Origin: Bacteroidales bacterium
Lineage (GTDB): Bacteria > Bacteroidota > Bacteroidia > Bacteroidales > UBA3824
DNA length: 64,000 bases
Assembly (NCBI GenBank): GCA_024413595.1
Contig: JAKSUC010000001.1
Coordinates: forward strand, 2,073-66,072
Reading direction: 5' to 3'
The notes beneath the pieces are model-generated. The model had not been told where the DNA came from. It saw only the letters and a program-made list of their open reading frames with translations, and ran no database searches. A program made the translations under genes and the position numbers. Shown in pieces: positions 1-8,427 of this stretch (position 1 is its first letter; each line of letters opens with the position of its first letter).

Positions 1-285
1 AGGAATTTTTAAAATACCTTTTAAAATGCTATTTATTTCTTCACCTAAAACATTAGATTCAATAATTGTATTAATTTTATCGTTAGGAATATAAGCAAAA
101 GCAATAGCGCATGACACAGTAGTTGAGTCTGCACTAATTTCGTTTGCTACAATATTAGTTAACTCTTCAGCTTCTTCAGATTCAACGGCTCCATTATTTT
201 CAATATTAATTAAATTATTTTTAAAATATTGAGCATCGTCAAAATTTAGAGATTTAATATACGTTTCAAGTTTTTCTGCAATCAT
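1..285 (-). CDS. hypothetical protein, N-terminal 95 codons only (gene runs off the window start)
   Basis: Absent from the supplied track because it is open at the window edge. The reverse-strand ATG at 285-283 (MIAEKLETYIKSLNFDDAQYF...) stays in frame to position 1. No family recognised. Confidence 0.35.
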   Translation of the reverse strand, partial: MIAEKLETYIKSLNFDDAQYFKNNLINIENNGAVESEEAEELTNIVANEISADSTTVSCAIAFAYIPNDKINTIIESNVLGEEINSILKGILKIP

Positions 286-340
286 TTTTGTTTTTCTTTA
301 ATAGTTGAAAAATTGAATAAAATTTGAAAATTAGTTTCAA

Positions 341-372
341 AAAAAAAGCCTGTGAGAAAAAATCACACAGGC
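341..372 (-). terminator. rho-independent terminator downstream of gyrB
   Basis: GCCTGTG..CACAGGC hairpin at 348-372. The A-run at 341-347 is a T-run on the minus strand. It lies 23 nt past the gyrB stop. Confidence 0.6.
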
Positions 373-394
373 TTAAAGAGTTTATAAAATAAAT

Positions 395-2365
395 TTATGC
401 GTCGATATTAGCATAAACAGCATTTTGCTCAATAAAATCTCTGCGTGGAGGCACGTCGTCGCCCATAAGCATTGAGAAAGTTCTATCAGCTTCAGCAGCA
501 TTTTCGATAGTAACTTGTTTTAAAGTTCTAGTTTCAGGATTCATAGTAGTTTCCCAAAGTTGTTCTGCGTTCATTTCACCCAAACCTTTATATCTTTGAA
601 CAGTGCAACTTTCTTCAGAACCATTACCTAAATCAATAAGAGCTTGTTTACGTTGTTCTTCAGTCCAACAATAACGTTGAAGTTTGCCATGTTTAACTAA
701 ATAAAGAGGAGGCGAAGCTAAATAAAGATGACCGCGGTCAATAACTTCTTTCATATATCTGAAAAACAAAGTCATAGCCAAAGTTTGAATGTGAGCACCG
801 TCGACATCGGCATCGGTCATAATTATTATTTTGTCGTATCTAATATCCTTTAAATTAGCAGCTTGACTATCTTCGTCAGTACCAATTGTAATTCCTAAAG
901 CGGTGTAGATATTTTTAATTTCTTCGTTGTCGAGAGTTTTGTATTGAACGGCTTTTTCAACATTAAGAATTTTACCGCGTAAAGGTAAAATAGCTTGATA
1001 CATACGATCACGACCTTGTTTTGCTGTTCCACCCGCAGAGTCTCCTTCGACTATGAAAATTTCTGTTTTAGTATTGTCTCTTGAAGTACAATCAGCTAAT
1101 TTACCAGGAAGACCAGCTCCTTTTAGTTGAGTATGTTGTTGAACAAGTTTACGAGCATTGCTAGCAGCAATTCTGGCTCTTGCTGCTAATATCACCTTGT
1201 TACATATGTTTTTAGCATCATTAGGATTTTCTTCTAAATAGTTTTTAAGAGCATCGCTAATTGCATTGTCTACAGCAGGAGCAACTTCAGTATTACCAAG
1301 TTTAGTTTTTGTTTGTCCTTCAAAAAGAGGTTCTTGAACTTTAACAGAAATAATAGCAGTTAAACCTTCGCGGAAATCGTCGCCACTAATTTCAATTTTG
1401 TTTTTAACTAAAATACCAGAAGTGTCGGCATATTGTTTAAGAGTTCTTGTAAGACCTCTTCTAAAACCAGTTAAATGAGTACCACCTTCTTGAGTATTAA
1501 TATTGTTTACATAACTATGAATTACTTCACGATAAGAATTGTTGTATTGTAAAGCAACTTCGATAGGAATACCGTTTTTTTCAGTAGAAATATAAATAAT
1601 ATTAGAAAGTACGTCTTTAGAAACCTCTAAATAATCGATAAATTCTTTTAAACCTTCTTTAGAATAAAAAACATCGTTACGAGTGTTGCCTTCTTCGTCT
1701 TTTCTTAAATCTGTGAGTTCCAATCTAATACCTTTATTAAGGAATGAAAGTTCACGAAGACGAGCAGCTAAAATTTCGTATTGAAAAGTATGACAAGAGA
1801 AAATACTATCATCAGCTTTAAAAGTGATTTCAGTACCAGTTTCGTTTGTTTCACCTACAACTTTAACTTCAGTGGTAGGTTTACCAATGCTATATTCTTG
1901 TTCAAAAATTTTACCGTCTCTTCTGATAGTAGCCTTAAAATAAGTAGAAAGCGCGTTAACACATGAAACACCCACACCGTGTAGACCACCTGAAACTTTG
2001 TAAGAGTTTTTGTTGAATTTGCCACCGGCGTGAAGAATAGTTAAAACGACTTCAAGAGCAGATTTACCTTGTTTTTCGTGATAATCAGTAGGAATACCAC
2101 GCCCATTGTCTTTAACAGTTATAGATTCGTCTTCGTTAATAAAAACGCTAACATTATTACAAAAACCTGCTAAGGCTTCGTCGATAGAGTTGTCAACAAC
2201 TTCGTAAACAAGGTGATGCAAACCTCTTTCGCCTGTATCACCGATATACATTGCTGGTCTTTTTCTTACAGCTTCAAGACCTTCAAGCACTTGAATGTTG
2301 TCCGCAGTGTATGTTTCAGAAGTTTCTTGCGCTTTAGGCGCTTCGCTTATGTTATTTTCTTCCAT
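395..2365 (-). CDS. gyrB: DNA gyrase subunit B
   Basis: 656 aa. GHKL ATPase motifs (EVVDNSIDEA, DNGRGIP, GGLHGVG), Toprim EGDSAGG and PLRGKILNVE, and C-terminal QRYKGLGEM. Confidence 0.97.
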   Translation of the reverse strand: MEENNISEAPKAQETSETYTADNIQVLEGLEAVRKRPAMYIGDTGERGLHHLVYEVVDNSIDEALAGFCNNVSVFINEDESITVKDNGRGIPTDYHEKQGKSALEVVLTILHAGGKFNKNSYKVSGGLHGVGVSCVNALSTYFKATIRRDGKIFEQEYSIGKPTTEVKVVGETNETGTEITFKADDSIFSCHTFQYEILAARLRELSFLNKGIRLELTDLRKDEEGNTRNDVFYSKEGLKEFIDYLEVSKDVLSNIIYISTEKNGIPIEVALQYNNSYREVIHSYVNNINTQEGGTHLTGFRRGLTRTLKQYADTSGILVKNKIEISGDDFREGLTAIISVKVQEPLFEGQTKTKLGNTEVAPAVDNAISDALKNYLEENPNDAKNICNKVILAARARIAASNARKLVQQHTQLKGAGLPGKLADCTSRDNTKTEIFIVEGDSAGGTAKQGRDRMYQAILPLRGKILNVEKAVQYKTLDNEEIKNIYTALGITIGTDEDSQAANLKDIRYDKIIIMTDADVDGAHIQTLAMTLFFRYMKEVIDRGHLYLASPPLYLVKHGKLQRYCWTEEQRKQALIDLGNGSEESCTVQRYKGLGEMNAEQLWETTMNPETRTLKQVTIENAAEADRTFSMLMGDDVPPRRDFIEQNAVYANIDA

Positions 2366-2633
2366 TTGTTTTTTTAAAGTTCTTATTTATGGTAACTTTG
2401 TTTAAAATGTAATAGTGAATATTGCAATTTACAACGTTTAGTTACACCTTATATATTTGCACAAAAATACAATTTTCCTTTGTATTTCATAATTTTTTTT
2501 GGTTAAAATTTATCAAAATAATTTTATTTTTTTTTATGTGTCTAATTGATGCTATAATAGCTTTTTTTTACTAAAAGGAAGATTAAAAAAAAATTATTTT
2601 GTATTAGTATTATAAAATGAGGTAAATTTTTTT

Positions 2634-2641
2634 TACATTTG
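2634..2641 (+). promoter_or_regulatory. Bacteroidota-type -7 promoter box (TACATTTG) for ftsE
   Basis: Matches TAnnTTTG, 21 nt upstream of the ATG at 2662. Confidence 0.4.
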
Positions 2642-2661
2642 TGCAATAATTATAGTTTATA

Positions 2662-3330
2662 ATGTCAGAACAACAATATTTAGTAGATTATTCGGGTGTA
2701 AGTATTATTAGCAATGAAACAAAGTTGCTGAATGATATTAATTTAGTAGTATCTTCTGGAGAATTAGTTACAATAGAAGGTATTGTAGGGGCAGGAAAAT
2801 CTACATTATTAAAATCAATATATGCCGATAGACAAATTGTAGATGGCAAAGCCGAAGTGTTAGGATTTAATCTTAGAAAATTACCGTCACGCAAAATTTC
2901 AAAGTTGCGTAGACAAATGGGAATTATTTTTCAAAATTTTTTATTGTTTGATAATAAAACCGTTTTAGATAATCTAAAATTTGTGATAGATTCAGTAGAA
3001 TTTAAGGTAGAAGGAAATGTTAAAGACTATATTATTTCAGTATTAGAAAATGTAGGATTAAAAGATAAAGCAGATGTATTTCCACATAATTTGTCAGGAG
3101 GCGAACGTCAAACAGTGGCAATAGCTCGAGCTATGGTTCATAAACCAAAATTAATATTAGCAGACGAACCAACTGGAAATCTTGATGAAGAAAGTGCACT
3201 TCATATTGCACAACTTTTGTTTGAAGCTACAAAATCTGGCGCTGGCGTTATTGTGGCAACACATGATGAGCCTATATTTGCAAATTTTGAACATAAAATC
3301 TATAAAATTAAAGACGGTATTCTTTTATAA
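2662..3330 (+). CDS. ftsE: cell-division-type ABC transporter ATP-binding protein (FtsE-like)
   Basis: Walker A GIVGAGKST, ABC signature LSGGERQ, Walker B LILADEPT and H-loop ATHD. 222 aa with no fused permease. Layout matches FtsE/LolD-type ATPases. Confidence 0.7.
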   Translation: MSEQQYLVDYSGVSIISNETKLLNDINLVVSSGELVTIEGIVGAGKSTLLKSIYADRQIVDGKAEVLGFNLRKLPSRKISKLRRQMGIIFQNFLLFDNKTVLDNLKFVIDSVEFKVEGNVKDYIISVLENVGLKDKADVFPHNLSGGERQTVAIARAMVHKPKLILADEPTGNLDEESALHIAQLLFEATKSGAGVIVATHDEPIFANFEHKIYKIKDGILL

Positions 3331-3366
3331 TTTTATTATTTTAACAATTAATTAGTTCTTTTTTTG

Positions 3367-3374
3367 TAATTTTG
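3367..3374 (+). promoter_or_regulatory. -7 promoter box (TAATTTTG)
   Basis: Matches TAnnTTTG. It overlaps the TTG that the ORF track uses as the start (3372), which argues for the ATG at 3399 as the real start. Confidence 0.4.
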
Positions 3375-3398
3375 TATCAACGTATCAAATTACAAAAA

Positions 3399-6254
3399 AT
3401 GAACAATAAATTATTTCTAATAATCTTTTTTATATTATTTTATAATATATCATTTTCACAAAATCCATTTTCTACAAAATGGAATTATATACAAACACCG
3501 CATGTTAAAATAATAAGTGATGATAAAATAAACAAAAATGATGTTTATAGAATAGCAAATTCGTTAAATGCTGTGTTTGAAAGTGATACAGTATCATTAA
3601 AAGATAATCCACGAAAAATTCCTTTAGTTTTATCAAATAATTTAGTAACGTCAAACGGATATGTAACACTTTTTCCGTATAAAATGGAATTTTATGGATT
3701 ACCAATGAACAATTCGCGTTTAGGAATAGGCGAGTGGTATCAAAATCTTTCTGTACATGAATATCGACATGTTGTTCAAAATCAAATTCTTAATCATGGA
3801 TTTATAAAATTTGCAGGAGTTTTATGTGGAGCATACGGACGATCTGCAATGCGAATGTCAGTTCCTACATGGTGGATGGAAGGAGACGCAGTATATGCCG
3901 AAACTGTTTTAACAACAGCAGGAAGAGGACGTGTTTCATCGTTTAATGTTTTAACAGCATCAATATTAGATAGTAGAAAAAAAAATTATCCTTATGATAA
4001 AATGGTAAATGGTTCATTTAGAAACGAATTGCCAGATAAATACGAATATGGATATTTGTTAGTTACACGTGCTAGAAACCAATTTGGAAAAGATATTTGG
4101 ACAAAAACATCACGTAGAATGTCTTGGTATCCGTTTTTACCATGGGCTTTTGGAGCTTCTTTTGATCATTTTTCTGGAGAAAATCTTACAAAAAATTATA
4201 AAAATACGATGAATGAATTGCGTAATTTTTATTCGTCGCGTATCGAAAATTTAAATTTGACAGAAGCAAAAATTATTAATACCAAAAAGAAACATTGTTT
4301 TACAAGTTATTCAAATCCAAAATTTATAAATGATTCAATATTATTAGCCGTAAAATCTTCAATGTCAAAAACTTCTACGTTTGTATTAGTTAAATTATCG
4401 GGTCAAGAATTTTCATTGTTTGAAACAGATGCTTCAGATTTTGATTACAACAACAATAAGATTGTATGGTCAACAATAGTTCCAGATATTAGATGGACAG
4501 AACAAACATTTTCTGATATTTCATTATATGATTTTAAAACATCAAAAAAATATCGATTAACTAAAAAAGGAAGATATTTTTCGCCAACAATTTCAAAAGA
4601 TGGAAAAACTATTGCTACCGTAGAATTTGATGAAAAGCGAGATGCTTATTTTGTTGTATTTAAATTGACAGAAAACAACAATGGATTGTTAACAATTTCA
4701 CATACAGATAAATATAAATTACAGTATGGAGAATATATACGAGGATTAAAATTTATAAATGATAATAAAGTAGCAATGATTTCGAATTATCACAATCAAA
4801 ATTCATTAATTATCAAAAATATTCAAACAGGAGAAACTCAAACTTTGATAGATTATTCAGACGAAGTGATAAATAAAATAACTTCGTTAGATAATAAAAT
4901 TATATATGATTCAGAATATTCAGGAATATCAAATATTTGGTCGATAGATATTGAAAGTTTAAAAAGTGAAATGTTAACCTCAAGAAAATATTCAGCCTCT
5001 TCACCATCAATATCACCTAATGGAAAATATTTAGTATATAGCGATTATACAGCTATGGGCAAAGATATAGCTTTTGTAGAATTATATAATAATAAAGGTG
5101 TAAAAAAAGAAGAAGTAAAACCACAAAAGTTGGAATATTTTTCACCAATGTTGAAATATGAACCATCAGGAAAATTAGATACAATATCCATTGCGTCAAC
5201 ATCAGATTCAAATTATCAACAAAAAAAATATAATAAATTAAATGATTTGATAAGAATATATGGATGGATGCCTAATTTAGATAATGAAAAATTTGAAGCA
5301 ACATTAATGTCTCAAAATACATTAGGAACATTTAATGTTTCAGTAAACGAAACATATAGATTTAGTCCAGATTATTGGCGAACAAGAATAACAACTTCAT
5401 ATTCAGGATTATATCCAGTTTTATCTTTAGGCGCAGAATTTTTGGACGAAGCCGACAAATATTTAGTAAAATCTCGCCTAGGTCAAATTTCATCAGTAAT
5501 ATTGAAATGGAAATCACGAGTATTGTCAGGATCGGTTTCATTGCCATTAAATTTTTCACGATATAATTATTCCCAAAAAATGAATATTTCGTTAGGCTTG
5601 AGTAATTATCAAACCTCAGAAAAATTAACTGAAAGTGTAACAGATATAGGAAATGGCAATTTTAATACATTTCATGGAAGTATAAATTATTCATTATCAA
5701 ATAAAAAAGCAGAACGCGATTTTATGTCAACCTTAGGTTTAAATTTTAATATCGACATAATTAAATCGTTGAATTATAGACGAGAAGCCGAAAAATATAA
5801 AGCCTCATTATCAATAACAATACCAGGATTTTTCCGACAAAATACCTTAACAGTAAAAGGTACAGTAATGAAACAATCACAAGAATTAAATGTTAATAAA
5901 TTATATCTTTTTGCAGATTCTGATTTAGAAGTACGCGGATATTCATCAGTTAGAATGCAGAAAGTAGGAAAGTTAGCAAGTGAATATTGGTTTCCGATGG
6001 GATATCCTGATATAGGAATTCCAGCATTTATTTGGCTAAAACGTATTCGTGGTGCGTTTTTTGCAGATGTAGCGAGTGCGCAAATACTAGGATACAGATA
6101 TGATTTTGCATCTATAGGTGGAAAAATGTTATTTGATGTTAATTTATTTAGAATTTCAAATAACGTAAATATAGGTTTTTCATATTCTTATCCATTAGTA
6201 GAAAATTATTATCAGAAAAAAGAATTATCATTAATTCTTTCGTATGAATTGTAA
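3399..6254 (+). CDS. secreted or outer-membrane HExxH metalloprotease-like protein with TolB/PD40-like repeats and a beta-strand-rich C-terminal domain
   Basis: The ATG at 3399 gives the signal peptide MNNKLFLIIFFILFYNISFSQ. HEYRH (nt 3756-3770) is followed 36 aa later by WWMEGDAVYAE, which is gluzincin-like. PD40-like repeats are present (SPTISKDGKTIATVEF, SPSISPNGKYLVYSDY). The last third is rich in alternating-hydrophobic strands. Confidence 0.55.
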   Translation: MNNKLFLIIFFILFYNISFSQNPFSTKWNYIQTPHVKIISDDKINKNDVYRIANSLNAVFESDTVSLKDNPRKIPLVLSNNLVTSNGYVTLFPYKMEFYGLPMNNSRLGIGEWYQNLSVHEYRHVVQNQILNHGFIKFAGVLCGAYGRSAMRMSVPTWWMEGDAVYAETVLTTAGRGRVSSFNVLTASILDSRKKNYPYDKMVNGSFRNELPDKYEYGYLLVTRARNQFGKDIWTKTSRRMSWYPFLPWAFGASFDHFSGENLTKNYKNTMNELRNFYSSRIENLNLTEAKIINTKKKHCFTSYSNPKFINDSILLAVKSSMSKTSTFVLVKLSGQEFSLFETDASDFDYNNNKIVWSTIVPDIRWTEQTFSDISLYDFKTSKKYRLTKKGRYFSPTISKDGKTIATVEFDEKRDAYFVVFKLTENNNGLLTISHTDKYKLQYGEYIRGLKFINDNKVAMISNYHNQNSLIIKNIQTGETQTLIDYSDEVINKITSLDNKIIYDSEYSGISNIWSIDIESLKSEMLTSRKYSASSPSISPNGKYLVYSDYTAMGKDIAFVELYNNKGVKKEEVKPQKLEYFSPMLKYEPSGKLDTISIASTSDSNYQQKKYNKLNDLIRIYGWMPNLDNEKFEATLMSQNTLGTFNVSVNETYRFSPDYWRTRITTSYSGLYPVLSLGAEFLDEADKYLVKSRLGQISSVILKWKSRVLSGSVSLPLNFSRYNYSQKMNISLGLSNYQTSEKLTESVTDIGNGNFNTFHGSINYSLSNKKAERDFMSTLGLNFNIDIIKSLNYRREAEKYKASLSITIPGFFRQNTLTVKGTVMKQSQELNVNKLYLFADSDLEVRGYSSVRMQKVGKLASEYWFPMGYPDIGIPAFIWLKRIRGAFFADVASAQILGYRYDFASIGGKMLFDVNLFRISNNVNIGFSYSYPLVENYYQKKELSLILSYEL

Positions 6255-6392
6255 TTTTTACTAAAAAAAGTATGAATTTAAATAAAAAATCATTATTTTT
6301 ACAATTAAGTAAAAAATAAAGAAAAGAAACAATAACAAAATAGATAAACTATTGATTTAGTTAAAAAACAAAGCAAAGAACACTCATAAAAT

Positions 6393-8402
6393 ATGAAAAA
6401 ATATATCTTAGTTTCAGCCTTATTAGCAGTTTCAATACCTGCATTAGCGCAGAACGATACATTATTATTAGAAGATTCGTTTTCACCGACACATAGTAAT
6501 AATTGCGCTTCATATAACATTACAGCAAAACTTGACGCCGAAGCAAAAGTTGTTTCAGGTACAGAAATTATCACTTGGAAAAATACCTCAAATGATACAA
6601 TTAATGAATTAATGTTTCATACGTATTTAAATGCCTTTAAAAATACACAAAGCACATTTTTTCAAGAAAGTTTGGCGGAAGGAGAAATTTCAATAAACGA
6701 AATAGGCGAAAGTGATTGGGGGTATATCGACATTCAAAGAATGGTAATAGTGGATGGAGATCCTCTTTTACAAGATTTAAAATATGTTCAACCAGATGAT
6801 AAAAATACAGCAGATCAAACTGTTATGTCGGTAGCATTGCCAAATCCAATATTACCAGGACAAGAAATAAAATTATTAGTAAACTTTTTATCAAAATTGC
6901 CTAGAATAATAACACGAACAGGATTTGAACGTGGAGATTTTTATATGGTAGGGCAGTGGTTTCCAAAAATAGGCGTATACGAACCAGCAGGCATGCGCGG
7001 ACGAAAAGAAGGCGGATGGAATTGTCATCAATTTCATGCACATTCAGAATTTTATTCAGATTTTGGAAATTATGACGTAACAATCACAGTTCCCGAAAGT
7101 TTTAAAGTAGCATCAACAGGAGTTTTACAAAAAGAATTTACAGATACCGAAGGTTTTAGAACATTTATTTATCAAGCAAATGATATAATAGATTTTGCAT
7201 GGAGTGCTTCACCAAGATTTTTAGTAATGAACGACACTTGGAAAGGCAAAGGCATAAAATTATATTATATGCCAGAACATGGAGGACAAGCCGAAAGATA
7301 TGTTCAAGCAGTAAAAAACGCTATGGAATATATGGAAAGCAATGTAGGAGAATATGTTTATCCACAAATAACAATGGTAGATGTTCCATATTATGCCGAA
7401 AAATCAGCAGGAATGGAATATCCAATGTTTTTTACAGTATCAACATTTAGACACATGCCTTCAGGAATAAAATCACCAGAACAATATACAATACATGAAT
7501 TTGTTCACAATTATTTTCAAGCAGTAGTAGCAACCAATGAATTTGAAGAAGCATGGCTCGACGAAGGATTTACATCATTTTATGAATGTGAAATAATGGA
7601 TAAATATTATGGTTCATATTTTAATATGTTTGGCTATAAGGTTGATGATTCAGAAATGATGAGAACATTATATACACAATGGTCAAATCCTGCAATTTCA
7701 ATAGTAGATAATTATTGTTGGAAATATCCAACACATACCTACGAAATGTTGTCATATTCAAAGCCAATGGTTATGCTAAAATCATTAAAAGGATTAATGG
7801 GAGAAGAAAATTTTAAATTAGCAATACAAAATTATTATCGTAAATGGAAATTTAATCATCCATGTGGACAAGATTTATTAAATTGCGTAAATAATGTAGC
7901 TCAAAATAATAGTAAAAATGACGAATTAAAAGATTATACATGGTTTTTTAATAGTCTTTTGCGAACCGACGAAGTTTGTGATTATAAACTCACTTCAATA
8001 AAAAATACATTAGTAGAAGGAGGAATTCAAGGATTTTTTGATAATGGAATAACAAAAATATTTCAAAAAGGAGAACAAACAGAAAAACAATACAAATCGT
8101 CAGTATTTGTTCAACGTATGGGAACAATGGTAGTTCCAATAGAAGTATTAGTGACATTAGAAAATGGAGATACCCAAAAGTTTAATTGGGATGGACGCGG
8201 ACGTTGTAAAGAATTTGTAATAAACGGCAATCAAAAAGTAATATCTGCGCAAATAGATCCAGAAAACAAAATATATTGTGATATAGATTTAGTAAACAAT
8301 TCATATAGTTTAGAAGCAAATACATCACCCGCATGGAAATATGCCACAAAATTTTTATTTTGGGTAGAAAATTTGTTTCAAACAATTGCATTTTTAGCTT
8401 AG
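6393..8402 (+). CDS. M1-family zinc metallopeptidase (aminopeptidase N-like), secreted
   Basis: Signal peptide MKKYILVSALLAVSIPALAQ. HEFVH-x18-E within HEFVHNYF...WLDEGFTSFYE is the M1 gluzincin signature. Confidence 0.8.
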   Translation: MKKYILVSALLAVSIPALAQNDTLLLEDSFSPTHSNNCASYNITAKLDAEAKVVSGTEIITWKNTSNDTINELMFHTYLNAFKNTQSTFFQESLAEGEISINEIGESDWGYIDIQRMVIVDGDPLLQDLKYVQPDDKNTADQTVMSVALPNPILPGQEIKLLVNFLSKLPRIITRTGFERGDFYMVGQWFPKIGVYEPAGMRGRKEGGWNCHQFHAHSEFYSDFGNYDVTITVPESFKVASTGVLQKEFTDTEGFRTFIYQANDIIDFAWSASPRFLVMNDTWKGKGIKLYYMPEHGGQAERYVQAVKNAMEYMESNVGEYVYPQITMVDVPYYAEKSAGMEYPMFFTVSTFRHMPSGIKSPEQYTIHEFVHNYFQAVVATNEFEEAWLDEGFTSFYECEIMDKYYGSYFNMFGYKVDDSEMMRTLYTQWSNPAISIVDNYCWKYPTHTYEMLSYSKPMVMLKSLKGLMGEENFKLAIQNYYRKWKFNHPCGQDLLNCVNNVAQNNSKNDELKDYTWFFNSLLRTDEVCDYKLTSIKNTLVEGGIQGFFDNGITKIFQKGEQTEKQYKSSVFVQRMGTMVVPIEVLVTLENGDTQKFNWDGRGRCKEFVINGNQKVISAQIDPENKIYCDIDLVNNSYSLEANTSPAWKYATKFLFWVENLFQTIAFLA

Positions 8403-8427
8403 TAAAAACTTAATTATTAAAAAAATA

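Noticed and set aside
1781-1966. 61-aa plus-strand ORF inside gyrB, and similar short antisense ORFs elsewhere (for example 2688..2894, 3505..3705, 12439..12621, 17700..18037)
   Set aside because: All are embedded antisense or out of frame within confidently identified genes. AT-rich DNA generates many such ORFs.
2662-3330. FtsE without an adjacent FtsX as an anomaly
   Set aside because: I cannot see the rest of the genome, and separate ftsE/ftsX loci are not unusual. The next gene is clearly not a permease, but that alone is not evidence of novelty.
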